64,000 nt of DNA from Pseudomonadales bacterium (GTDB lineage: Bacteria > Pseudomonadota > Gammaproteobacteria > Pseudomonadales > Azotimanducaceae), in contig OY761542.1 in NCBI GenBank assembly GCA_963664635.1, forward strand, positions 2,644,112 through 2,708,111. The letters run 5' to 3'. Numbering within the stretch: the first letter of the stretch is position 1; each line of letters begins with the position of its first letter. Shown here one piece after another: positions 8,532 to 17,005 of this stretch. The notes beneath the pieces are model-generated. The model saw nothing but the letters and a program-made list of their open reading frames with translations. It made no database searches and had not been told where the DNA came from. Both the position numbers and the translations under genes were made by a program.

Positions 8532-9810
8532 GCGGGAGACCGTAGAGCGGCATCTCAACAGGAACGTCGCCGGACAGCTCCTGCACGGCATGTTCGGCCA
8601 GACGGGCTTCCGGCTGGTGCAGGCGCCCACGTTCTTCCCGGCCTTCCTGTTCGAGTTGTCGGGCTCCGATCTGGTCGTCGGGGCCGCCCGCTCCCTGCAG
8701 GGACTTGGCACGGTGGTCTCGCCGGTGATAGGCGCGTCGCTGATCGGCCATCGGTCCCGCATCGTCGTCACCTCGATGGTCACGAGCACCCTGATGCGCC
8801 TGCAGGTGCTTGGCCTCGCGCTGGCCGCGTTCTTCCTGGGCGCGGGGGCCACGGTCGTTGCGTTCCTTGCCTTCATCACGCTGCTCGGCTTCTTCCAGGG
8901 CATGTCGCAGGTGGTGGTGAACTCGCTGCGGGCCCGGGTCATCCCGGTGCGGCGCCGCGGCATCGTGACCGGCGCGCGCCACTTCCTCGCGGGCTTGACG
9001 TCGGCCGCCGTGTCCTACGTTGCGGGGGCGTACCTGATCGAGAACGACGTGCTCGGAAATGGCTACGCGTCGGTGTTCCTGCTGGCCTTCGTGCTCGGGT
9101 CGCTGGGTCTCGTGGGCGTCGCCATCACGAAAGAGCCGGCGTCGACCGCGCTCCGCCCGCGCGAGTCGCCGCTGGCGGCGCTGCGGGGCATCGCGCCCCT
9201 GCTCCGGGAGGACCGGGCGTTCGCACGGTTCTTCGTGGCCCGCGCGCTCGGGTCCTGCGGCCGGATGGCCCTGCCGTTCTACATCGTGTTCGCCGCGACG
9301 CGGATGGAGGTCACCGGCGCCGTGCTCGGTCTCGTCACGACGGTGTGGATGCTCACGTCCAGTACGGCGACCCTGGCCTGGGGCGCGCTGGGCGACCGCC
9401 ACGGCCATCGCGTCGTGCTGATCGCCAACCTGGCGCTGTGGACGGCCGCCAACGCGTACATTCCGTTCGTCGATTCGGTTCCCGAACTGGTGGTCTTCTT
9501 CGTCGTGCTCGGCATCCCGTCGGGCGGCTTCAACCAGGCGGCGCAGAACATGGTGCTCGAGTTCGGCCGCGTGCACGACATTCCCCTGCGCGTCGCGGCT
9601 TCCGGGACGGCCGTCAACGTCGTGGCCGCCGCGGGACCGTTCGTGGGCGGGGTGCTGGTGGCGGTGTGGTCGTACCCCGCGCTGTTCGGGGTAACGGTCG
9701 CCCTCCAGCTTTTGGCGCTCGTGATCGTGATCGCGTGGACGCCGGAGCCGCGCTTCGCCGATATCGGCGCGGCGCCCCGCGCCGATCGCGGGGAGACCGG
9801 AGAGGGCTGA
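8500..9810 (+). CDS. MFS transporter
   Basis: 436 aa with about 12 hydrophobic segments in a 6+6 layout and a central loop (KEPASTALRPRESPLAAL). The exact start is uncertain; it overlaps the previous ORF by 32 nt. Confidence 0.8.
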   Translation: MPGDALVEAAERETVERHLNRNVAGQLLHGMFGQTGFRLVQAPTFFPAFLFELSGSDLVVGAARSLQGLGTVVSPVIGASLIGHRSRIVVTSMVTSTLMRLQVLGLALAAFFLGAGATVVAFLAFITLLGFFQGMSQVVVNSLRARVIPVRRRGIVTGARHFLAGLTSAAVSYVAGAYLIENDVLGNGYASVFLLAFVLGSLGLVGVAITKEPASTALRPRESPLAALRGIAPLLREDRAFARFFVARALGSCGRMALPFYIVFAATRMEVTGAVLGLVTTVWMLTSSTATLAWGALGDRHGHRVVLIANLALWTAANAYIPFVDSVPELVVFFVVLGIPSGGFNQAAQNMVLEFGRVHDIPLRVAASGTAVNVVAAAGPFVGGVLVAVWSYPALFGVTVALQLLALVIVIAWTPEPRFADIGAAPRADRGETGEG

Positions 9811-9826
9811 CGGGGACGCCGCCGCG

Positions 9827-10474
9827 TCAGTCCGGCCAGTGGGCCGCCATCAGGCACACGTAGCTCGACAGTACGAGCTTGTTCCGGTCGCGGCCGAGCG
9901 TCGCGAACTTCTCCAGCAGTTCCGCCGGCACGCCGTGCTCGGAGGGCCTGCGCGTGTACTGCCAGTGGGCGACATCGGGGTATCCGGCCAGGTTGACGAT
10001 CGCCAGCGGCGAGGTGGTCGCCGCGTCGCGGAACTGTCCGAGGACCCAGTGGCCCATGTGGTCGAGCGCCGGCCAGACGCCTTCGTAGGAAAGTCGGTTG
10101 AAGGTCAGCCAGTCCTCCGGCCGGATCCACCAGCGGCGCAATCCATAGACGGGCCGCCGGTCCTCGGGACGCGTCGGGCCCGTGGGGCGGTAGGCGGAGG
10201 CGAGGAGGGGGCGCGCCTCCTCGGACGCGATCCATTGCCGGGGCCCGTCCGCGCCGCCGGCCACAACGGGCTGTGCGGCCTGCCACGCATCGAAGTCCTC
10301 GAAACCGGTGAAGCACACCACCTCCTCGGCGCGAGCGCCGATCAGGCCGTTGAGCACGCAGAGGGGGCGGTGGCCGGCCGCGCCGAGCTCCGGCCACAGC
10401 GTCTCCAGTGCCCAGGCCCGGTAGTTCGGGAAAGTTCCGGGCTGGAGCCGGACGCGGCGTTCCTCGTAGATCAT
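9827..10474 (-). CDS. NIPSNAP-family protein
   Basis: 215 aa from MIYEERRVRLQPGTFPNYRAW with SD GGAGGGGG. Two NIPSNAP-like halves (second: YGLRRWWIRPEDWLTFNRLSYEGVWPAL). The upstream part of ORF 9827..10792 was rejected. Confidence 0.7.
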   Translation of the reverse strand: MIYEERRVRLQPGTFPNYRAWALETLWPELGAAGHRPLCVLNGLIGARAEEVVCFTGFEDFDAWQAAQPVVAGGADGPRQWIASEEARPLLASAYRPTGPTRPEDRRPVYGLRRWWIRPEDWLTFNRLSYEGVWPALDHMGHWVLGQFRDAATTSPLAIVNLAGYPDVAHWQYTRRPSEHGVPAELLEKFATLGRDRNKLVLSSYVCLMAAHWPD

Positions 10475-10772
10475 GGGTGTCCCCCTCCGGTGTGTGAGGT
10501 GCATGCGTTGTGTGGCGCTGGATCGCGATAGGAGCTTGCGACGTACAAGCGTTTGAAGTAGGACGGTCTGCGTGCCCCTGCAACGGTATGCGCCTCTCGT
10601 TTTCCGATAATATCGTTCATTATCAATCGGATAAGGTCGTTTTCGACGTGCAATAGGGTGCCATCCAGTGTCATTCGACGCCAACGGTTGACGCCCTGCA
10701 TTGTGGGACGCGTTGTAAGCCAATAGCCGCCTGTGTAGAATGGGATTCCGCCCGGAATCCGATGCCCGTCCC

Positions 10773-11963
10773 ATGCCGAAGCTCAATCGCAACGCCCTGT
10801 CCGCCCAAATGGTACGCCACGCCGGTCCCGGCAGCTATGTGGACGGCAACGGCCTCATGCTGCGGGTCCGCGACAGCGGCTCCCGTTCCTGGGTGCAGCG
10901 CATCATGGTCCATGGACGGCGCATCGACATCGGCCTCGGCAACGCGGAGCTGGTGAGCCACGCCGACGCGCGGCGCATCGCGGCCGACAACCGCGCCGTG
11001 GCCCGCACTGGCGGGGATCCGCGCCGTGCGCGGACCATCTCGTTCGCCGAGGCGGAACCGCGGGCGATGGCGGAGAAGGCGGAGACCTGGCGCGGCGGCG
11101 GCGCCGCGAAGTCGGCCCGCGACTGGCGCTCCACGATGGACGCCTACGTACTGCCGCAGTTGGGGACGATGCACGTGGGGGCGGTGGCGACCAGCGACGT
11201 CAAGCGGGTGCTGCGCCCATTGGCGCTGGCGGGCAAGCACGCGACGGCGCGCATGGTGGCGGGCCGCATCGTGGCGGTGCTGGAGTGGGCGGAGGTGGAG
11301 AACCTGCGCGAGCCGGCCGGCAGCGGGCGGGTGATCGTGGAGACGGTGATGCGCTCGCTGCCGAAGGCCGGAGCGGTGCGGCACCACCCGGCGCTGCACT
11401 TCGCCGACGTGGCGGATGCGCTTGCCAGAGTGGACGCGCACCCGCGTATCGCGCGCTGGGTTCAGCTCGCGATCCGGTTCGCGGCGCTGACGGCGGCGCG
11501 GCAGGCGGAGGTACGGCGGGCGACCTGGGAGGAGTTCGACTTCGAGTCCGCGGTGTGGACGGTGCCGGCGGCGCACATGAAGCGCCACCGGCCGCACCGG
11601 GTGCCGCTGTCGACGGGCGCCCTGGTCGTGCTGGCGGAACTGCGCGAGGCGTCCGACGGCGACGCGGTCGTGTTCCGCGGCCCGCACGGTCAGCAGCTCG
11701 GTGCGACCTCGGTGACGAACGCGCTGCGCAAGGCGGAGATCAATGCCACCGGGCACGGTTTCCGTTCGAGTTTCAAGGACTGGGCGCGCCACGAGGGTGT
11801 GGACGAGCTGCTGTCGGAGTTCGCGCTGGCGCACGTCGAGGGCTCGAAGACGGTGGCGGCCTACGCGCGCGACGATCTCCTCGAGAAGCGGCGCCCGGTG
11901 ATGCAGGCGTGGTGCGACCTCATCCTGCGACGAGAGGATCGTCGCGGTCGCGCAAGCGGCTGA
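10773..11963 (+). CDS. tyrosine-type site-specific integrase, P4-like (Arm/DUF4102 N-terminal domain)
   Basis: MPKLNRNALSAQMVRHAGPGSYVDGNGLMLRVRDSGSRSWVQRIMVHGRRIDIGLGN...ADARRIA is the classic arm-binding domain. The C-terminal catalytic region is HGFRSSFKDWARHE...LAHVEGSKTVAAYARDDLLEKRRPVMQAW. Confidence 0.9.
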   Translation: MPKLNRNALSAQMVRHAGPGSYVDGNGLMLRVRDSGSRSWVQRIMVHGRRIDIGLGNAELVSHADARRIAADNRAVARTGGDPRRARTISFAEAEPRAMAEKAETWRGGGAAKSARDWRSTMDAYVLPQLGTMHVGAVATSDVKRVLRPLALAGKHATARMVAGRIVAVLEWAEVENLREPAGSGRVIVETVMRSLPKAGAVRHHPALHFADVADALARVDAHPRIARWVQLAIRFAALTAARQAEVRRATWEEFDFESAVWTVPAAHMKRHRPHRVPLSTGALVVLAELREASDGDAVVFRGPHGQQLGATSVTNALRKAEINATGHGFRSSFKDWARHEGVDELLSEFALAHVEGSKTVAAYARDDLLEKRRPVMQAWCDLILRREDRRGRASG

Positions 11964-12072
11964 ATCCTGGAATGGACGTGGAACCCGACGCCGATCCGCT
12001 GCTCGCCGCGTACCTGCGGAAGGTGCCGGGCATTTCTTGCGTGTTGCCGTCGCGCGGCTGCGTGAGCTGACG

Positions 12073-12255
12073 ACCATGTCGCTGCCGCCGGCAGGGTCGA
12101 CGTTCGTGACGTGGTGGACGGACCCGGAGGGTTGGTCCGCAAGTCCGGCGTCGCGTGCGTGTGAGGCGGCGGGCTGGCGGCTGGAGTCCGTGCAGGTGGC
12201 CGCAGAGCTGGTGCGGTTCATGCGGACAGGGGTGGACGAAGCATCCACGGCTTGA
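12073..12255 (+). CDS. hypothetical small protein (60 aa), weak call
   Basis: ATG at 12073 and GC3-rich codons (MSLPPAGSTFVTWWTDPEGW...). No recognisable motif and no clear SD. Confidence 0.25.
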   Translation, partial: TMSLPPAGSTFVTWWTDPEGWSASPASRACEAAGWRLESVQVAAELVRFMRTGVDEASTA

Positions 12256-12495
12256 CGATGAAGGCCTGCGCGACGCGTTCGCCCGCGCTGGCGACGCCGA
12301 GAGTGGCCTCGTTCGCAACATGGCCCGCGTTTTAGGAAAGCAGGGCACTGTCAAGCGCGATTCGGGGGTCGCTCCGGCCCGGATCGGACCTCGCGGCGGC
12401 CATTGTCGGCCAACGGACGGAGTGGCCGTCGCGACGGTGGCGAGGGCCGGCGCCGGGGATGCGGCGGCCGGCCCGGGCGCGTTGTGGCGTCGCGG

Positions 12496-12924
12496 TCAGC
12501 CGATCTCGAAGGACCGGCGGGTGCGGATGTCGTCGAGGTCCGGCGTACCGTCGAGTTCGGTGCGGGCGTAGACGGCGTACTCGCCGAAGCGGGGCTCGAT
12601 GCGGCGCATGGCGGCGTCGGCGTGGGCTTCGATCTCGTCGCCGTAGGGTCCGAACTCGCAGCCGCCGACGGTCTCGATGTACCAGGCGCGGATCTGCCGC
12701 GGCCACGCTTCCGGCGGCTGGTGCGCGCAGTCCGAGCAGCGCGATTCGCCGGGCATGGCGGCGCGGCGTCCGCAGCGCGTGCAGGCGGCCCTGGCAGCGA
12801 GCCTGGCGTAGCGCTTGCGGGAGTTCGCCGCGGCCTTGTCGAGGCACGGACGACACCTCCGGCGGTCCGGTGCGGCGGGACGGCGGCGGCAGTGGTTGCA
12901 GGTCTGGATGGCAGCGGTGGTCAT
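12496..12924 (-). CDS. Cys-rich (zinc-ribbon-like) hypothetical protein
   Basis: 142 aa from MTTAAIQTCNHCRRR. Repeated CxxC-type pairs (CNHC, CRPC, CTRC, CSDC) are followed by an acidic globular C-terminus. Confidence 0.5.
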   Translation of the reverse strand: MTTAAIQTCNHCRRRPAAPDRRRCRPCLDKAAANSRKRYARLAARAACTRCGRRAAMPGESRCSDCAHQPPEAWPRQIRAWYIETVGGCEFGPYGDEIEAHADAAMRRIEPRFGEYAVYARTELDGTPDLDDIRTRRSFEIG

Positions 12925-13117
12925 GTCGGAACTCCGGCAGTGAAGGAATGCCTGGAGATCGGACGGGCGCGCGCAGGCCGGGCACCCCCAGGGCCGCAAC
13001 GCAGTAGAGGACCGGGCGCAGCCGGGTTGCCGGGGCGAGCACGGCCGTCATGCTGGGTGATTCCCTTCACGGGGAAGGCACAGCGGATGGCGTTCGACTT
13101 GAATGCTGGCGGGCGGT

Positions 13118-13136
13118 TGCAACGCACCACGTTGCA
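13118..13136. promoter_or_regulatory. inverted repeat TGCAACG-N5-CGTTGCA, possible HigA operator
   Basis: Perfect 7-bp inverted repeat lying 15-33 nt upstream of the higB ATG. Confidence 0.35.
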
Positions 13137-13150
13137 GGCGACGATAGGCC

Positions 13151-13426
13151 ATGCGGATCAGGCACAAGGGGCTCCGGGCGCTCGCCGAGCAGGATCGGAC
13201 GAGCCAGGTGCCCACGGAACTGGCCGCGCGGCTGAGGCGCATCCTGACGGCTCTGGGCGAGGCGCGGCGTCCCGGCGACCTCGCCAGCCGCCCCGGCTAC
13301 CGTCTGCATCCGCTGAAGGGCGACATGGCTGGACTGTGGAGCATCAGCGTATCGGGCAACTGGCGCGTGGTGTTCCGGTTCGAGGACAGCGAGGTGGTCG
13401 ACGTGGACCTGGTGGACTACCACTGA
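13151..13426 (+). CDS. higB: type II toxin HigB (plasmid maintenance system killer, RelE/ParE superfamily)
   Basis: KGLRAL...RLRRILTAL...PGYRLHPLKGDMAGLWSISVSGNWRVVFRFEDSEVVDVDLVDYH, a near-textbook HigB pattern. Confidence 0.93.
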   Translation: MRIRHKGLRALAEQDRTSQVPTELAARLRRILTALGEARRPGDLASRPGYRLHPLKGDMAGLWSISVSGNWRVVFRFEDSEVVDVDLVDYH

Positions 13427-13444
13427 GACGAGGAGGAGACGACG

Positions 13445-13702
13445 ATGGCGATGCTGAACCCCTGCCACCCGGGAGAGACCCTGCGCGACGATCTGGCGGC
13501 GGCGGGGTTGACGGTGACGGACACGGCGGCGCGGCTAGGCTGCACACGGCAGGCGCTGTCGCGGCTGCTGAACGGCAAGGCGGGGATCTCGCCGGCCATG
13601 GCCATCGCGCTGGAGCGGATGGGGTGGAGCAACGCGGCCTACTGGATGCGGTTGCAGGCGGCCTACGACCTGGCCCAGGAGCGGCGCCGGCAGGCGGCCT
13701 GA
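13445..13702 (+). CDS. higA: HigA antitoxin (XRE-type HTH)
   Basis: HPGETLRDDL...GLTVTDTAARLGCTRQALSRLLNGKAGISPAMAIALERMG.SNAAYWMRLQAAYDL. Toxin-first gene order, typical of HigBA. Confidence 0.93.
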   Translation: MAMLNPCHPGETLRDDLAAAGLTVTDTAARLGCTRQALSRLLNGKAGISPAMAIALERMGWSNAAYWMRLQAAYDLAQERRRQAA

Positions 13703-13706
13703 ACAC

Positions 13707-13979
13707 ATGACGGCCGACGACTTCCGAGCCGAACTGGCCAGCCTGTTCGAGGCGGCGGCGAACGTCGGGCGCGGCACGATCGTGGTGCGCGCGGGAGACC
13801 TGCACCGGGGGGTGGGCGGCTACCCGGGGACGAACCACCGGATGCCGATGTGCTGCGGCGTGATGTACGCCGAAATGGTCGAAGGGGTCGACGAGCTTCT
13901 GTCGGCGCCGCCGAGCGGCCAGGGCGCGTCGGTGGCGATCGAGTACCTGCTGCCGCGGCCCGGGGCGAACGACGACTGA
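13707..13979 (+). CDS. hypothetical protein co-transcribed with higBA
   Basis: 90-aa ORF starting 4 nt after the higA stop. Conserved-looking core GDLHRGVGGYPGTNHRMPMCCGVMY. Family not recognised with confidence. Confidence 0.55.
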   Translation: MTADDFRAELASLFEAAANVGRGTIVVRAGDLHRGVGGYPGTNHRMPMCCGVMYAEMVEGVDELLSAPPSGQGASVAIEYLLPRPGANDD

Positions 13980-14034
13980 GCCGCTGCGATGGCTGGCCCG
14001 CGTTGGGGCTCAGGCGTGGCAGCCCGACGGTCGG

Positions 14035-14982
14035 CTACGAGCAGTAAGTCAAGGTTATGTCCGGGCGCAGGTGTCCCATTTCCTCGGCGACGATCGCGAG
14101 CGCGAGGTGGTGCTCCGCGTGATGCATCAGTTCCCGCATCCTTGATTGGGCGTACTGGTAGCGCAGCCCATGGGCGCCCTTGCTCTTCCCCAGCGCCGCC
14201 ATGCTGGCGCGCGAGAACGACACGCTGAAGGCGTGTCCGCCGCCGACATCGTAGCGTAGCCGGTAGCGGACGCCGCGGTCGACGACGGGCACCGGGACGT
14301 CCAGCCGCCGTTCCTCGAGGCGTTCCGCCAGACCGCGCGGCAATAGCACCTCCCGGACCAGCCCGCCCTTGCCGACAACGGTGTAGATCACGCCGTTGCG
14401 GCCGGCGAACTTCATGCCCTCGGCGGCGGTGCCCGTGAGGTGCGACCGGTCGCGCCGGTCGTCGGGCGGCTGTTCGGCGGGGCGGCCCAGAGTGAGCAGC
14501 TCGTGGGCCCGGATCCCCGAGGCGTGGGCGATCTCGGTGGCGAGCGCGTTGCGGGGATCCTGCCGGGCGGCGACGGCGCGGACCTGGGCCGGGGAGTAGG
14601 CGCGCGGCCTGGGACGGTGCGGTTCCGTGGACTTCACCACCGGCAGCGTGGCGCCCGGCGGCAGTTGGCCGGTGACGCCGACCATCATCGCCTGGATCGC
14701 CTGCCGCTCCATGTCCAGGGTTTTCTGAGCCACTTCGCCAGCCCGGCCCTTCAGGTAGGCGACGGCGCGCTCGGGCGTCAGCGCGGTCAGCGCCACATCC
14801 AGCCGCGCGGCGATCTGCACCAGCCGCTCCTGGTAGTTCCTCCCGGTGCCGACCGACCGGATGCGCGCGCCCTGCAGGCGCTTGACGACGCCGGCGGCCT
14901 GCTTCTTCGGATCGCTGGGCTTCGAGCGGAACCGGTGGCGCGGCTGGTCGTGGCCGCGGCGGACGCGGCTACGCCTGGCCAT
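14035..14982 (-). CDS. tyrosine recombinase / phage integrase-family protein
   Basis: 315 aa from MARRSRVRRG. ASGIRAHELLTL (catalytic Arg box), HGLRYQYAQSRM and MGHLRPDITLTYC (His..Tyr box). The 5' extension in ORF 14035..15111 was rejected. Confidence 0.8.
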   Translation of the reverse strand: MARRSRVRRGHDQPRHRFRSKPSDPKKQAAGVVKRLQGARIRSVGTGRNYQERLVQIAARLDVALTALTPERAVAYLKGRAGEVAQKTLDMERQAIQAMMVGVTGQLPPGATLPVVKSTEPHRPRPRAYSPAQVRAVAARQDPRNALATEIAHASGIRAHELLTLGRPAEQPPDDRRDRSHLTGTAAEGMKFAGRNGVIYTVVGKGGLVREVLLPRGLAERLEERRLDVPVPVVDRGVRYRLRYDVGGGHAFSVSFSRASMAALGKSKGAHGLRYQYAQSRMRELMHHAEHHLALAIVAEEMGHLRPDITLTYCS

Positions 14983-15385
14983 TGGCGTGCTTCCGCAGCC
15001 AGCGGGAAACGGTGGAGCGGTCCACCCGCAGCCCGTGCTCGTCGCGCAGCGTCCGGTGGCACTCGCCGATGGTGGCGCCCTGGGCGCGCAGTCTGAGCAC
15101 GTGGTAACCATGCTCGTCGATGCTTGAGACGGTCAGGCGCGGAAAGCGCAGCTCCCGGTCGCGGGCCCGGAGTTCGTCGAGGGCGGCGGCGGCATCGAAG
15201 CCGAGGGCGGGATTGACGCGGAGCGTATCCACCTTGGCGAGCCAGCGCCCGGCGGTCGTCGCCGCGACGACGGTGTCGCGCTCGAAGCGCAGCCAGCGGG
15301 TCAACTGGGCGAGCGTGGCCCCGGCCCGCCGCAGGGCGAGCAGTTCGGCTGCGTGGCGGTCGAGCGTCGACCGGCGCTGTCCCAT
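14969..15385 (-). CDS. helix-turn-helix DNA-binding protein (two HTH modules), partner of the recombinase
   Basis: 138 aa. GATLAQLTRWL and GATIGECHRTLRDEHGLRVDRSTVSRWLRK resemble Hin/resolvase-type HTHs. The 3' end overlaps the recombinase start by 14 nt. Confidence 0.6.
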   Translation of the reverse strand: MGQRRSTLDRHAAELLALRRAGATLAQLTRWLRFERDTVVAATTAGRWLAKVDTLRVNPALGFDAAAALDELRARDRELRFPRLTVSSIDEHGYHVLRLRAQGATIGECHRTLRDEHGLRVDRSTVSRWLRKHANGQA

Positions 15386-16243
15386 GTGCGTACCTCCGAG
15401 CGCACGACCTGTGTGGTGATCCGTAGCCGTTAGAACTATTGCCGCGTTCCAACGCTTCTCTCGAAACGTCCGGATCGACGCGGCTCAGCGGGATCGGAAG
15501 CGCCGTGGCGTTCCTCTCCCGACTCGCCCACGTTCAGTCCTTGATGGACTCGGCCGGGACCGTTCTCGCCGTTGCAGGTGGTTGTCGCGCTGTGTAGCCG
15601 CGCGGGATGCCCTGCCGCATCCCGTCCATGTCGCGTTCGTCACGGTTGCGCACGGACGCCTGAAGCGCCGATGGATCGCATCGGTTGCTTGCTGCTATGG
15701 GCTTGTGGCCCAAACGGTGTGTTGCCGGGACCGCCCGGCTCGACTTCGCGGGCGTGACCCGCCGGAGGCGTGGGTGGCCTCCTGCCGCACTGTCGCAGGA
15801 TCGCTGCGTTGCCCTTGCGGGCCGGGAGCCGTGCGGTCGCCCCGTGGTAGCTGCCTTCGGTCGGCACGTCCCGTGGCCAGCGGGGAATCAGGTATGGCCA
15901 GTCGGCGTTGCGCTGGCCGGAGGGTCGCTCCAGGTCACGCTTTGCGCGGATGTCGCCGCGCCGGAGGCCGCCGTCGCCCCCGGTACGCTTCGTGTCACAT
16001 GGCACTTGCTGCGTCTTCACGCGCCGGAGCCGCGTACGGGTGCCCCGGTTCAGGCGTCGGTGCGCCGCTTCTCTGGTGTGGCTAGGACCGGTCGGTCCAA
16101 CGTCGCCGCTCCGGTCGGAGCTGGCGGGTAGTGGCGGAGATTATGGGCGACGCCGGGTAATGCGCGCAAATGTGTGCGTGAACGGTTGGAGAGCGCGCAC
16201 GAGTCGTCCTGAACTTGGAGCGGCCGGGCCAGAGCGGCGTGCT

Positions 16244-16289
16244 GCGCGTCAATCAAGATGAGAACGGCTTCTCATCCTGATTGACGCGC
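16244..16289. repeat. long hairpin / inverted repeat (21-bp arms, 4-nt loop)
   Basis: GCGCGTCAATCAAGATGAGAA-cggc-TTCTCATCCTGATTGACGCGC. There is one A/C mismatch on the + strand, which becomes a G-U wobble on the minus strand. No U-tract follows on either strand. Confidence 0.85.
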
Positions 16290-16403
16290 TACAGCGGCGA
16301 GCGGCTGGACGACGAGGGGGGACCCCAATGGCTACGAGACATCTGCGCTGGGCCGTCGACGCAGTGTCGTCAAGCCCAATCGGTCGCTCGTCACGCGTGG
16401 GGG

Positions 16404-16431
16404 TTGACACTGCGGCAGGACGTGTAGTGTC
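16404..16431 (+). promoter_or_regulatory. possible promoter/operator of the 4-gene operon
   Basis: TTGACA (16404-16409), N15, TAGTGT (16425-16430). It overlaps a 6-bp inverted repeat GACACT...AGTGTC. It lies about 35 nt upstream of the first operon ORF. The spacing is suboptimal. Confidence 0.3.
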
Positions 16432-16467
16432 ATTACTTCACGGAAAGATAGTTGGAGAACCACTGTG

Positions 16468-16662
16468 ATGACCGATGAAGAGAAGAGCGCCTTGACGCTC
16501 ACTGTGTTGCTGACCCTTGCTGTCGAAGGCATCAGGGTGGCCTTTAGTTTCGTGGATCGCAGCTTGGCGCACTGGCAGGGCCGCAAAGAAGAGGAACGGC
16601 GGCGCGCTGCGAGACAAGCGCGTGCCGACAAGGAACCTGAGGGAGAGAGCTATGTCCTCTGA
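16468..16662 (+). CDS. small hypothetical protein with one hydrophobic helix
   Basis: MTDEEKSALTLTVLLTLAVEGIRVAFSFV followed by a charged tail. GGAG lies 10 nt upstream of the ATG (an in-frame GTG at 16465 is also possible). It overlaps the next gene by 11 nt. Confidence 0.35.
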   Translation: MTDEEKSALTLTVLLTLAVEGIRVAFSFVDRSLAHWQGRKEEERRRAARQARADKEPEGESYVL

Positions 16663-17005
16663 CAATCCGTACGGGCCAGGCCGGGCCAAGCGTTGGGTGA
16701 AAGGCGGCACGAGGCTCCCGCCAGGAACGGCCGGAGAGTACCGGATCGTGAAAAAGGAGACGGGCAAGCCACACTACATCGGGGAGTCCGGAGACCTCGA
16801 GCGCCGACTGAATCAGCATACGCGTATGGGGAAGGCTGGGACCACGGACAAGAGCCACCTGTACGACGCGAGCAAGCACGAGATCACCTATCAGGTGGCG
16901 AAAGCCGGTGCATCGACCGAGGCCCGGCGAGAGCACGAGAGGAGGAAGATCGCTGAGCATGCCCCCTCCTGGAATCTGGACCGCGGGGGGAGCGGAAGGA
17001 GATGA
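16652..17005 (+). CDS. GIY-YIG domain nuclease (stand-alone, 117 aa)
   Basis: GEYRIVKKETGKPHYIGESGDLERRLNQHTR gives the GIY and YIG elements and the catalytic Arg. Downstream are EARREHERRKIAEH (Glu) and ..SWN. Start at ATG 16652 after GGGAGAGAG. Confidence 0.75.
   Translation: MSSDNPYGPGRAKRWVKGGTRLPPGTAGEYRIVKKETGKPHYIGESGDLERRLNQHTRMGKAGTTDKSHLYDASKHEITYQVAKAGASTEARREHERRKIAEHAPSWNLDRGGSGRR

Noticed and set aside
9808-9832. Short hairpin CTGACG...CGTCAG between the convergent MFS and NIPSNAP genes as a bidirectional terminator
   Set aside because: The stem is only 6 bp with no flanking T or A tracts. The evidence is insufficient to call a terminator.
10475-10772. Direct repeats linking the left junction to the right end of the island (for example the shared CGCGTTGT at about 10719 and about 22296)
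   Set aside because: Only an 8-mer match was seen by eye, which is expected by chance at this GC content. The att sites remain undefined without comparative data.
15640-16020. 126-aa minus-strand ORF in the gene-poor stretch (MKTQQVPCDTKRTGG...WPYLIPRWPRDVPTEGSYHG...)
   Set aside because: GC3 is high, so it could be coding. However there is no SD, no recognisable motif, the composition is low-complexity and it overlaps equally long ORFs on the + strand. It is left unannotated pending a homology search.
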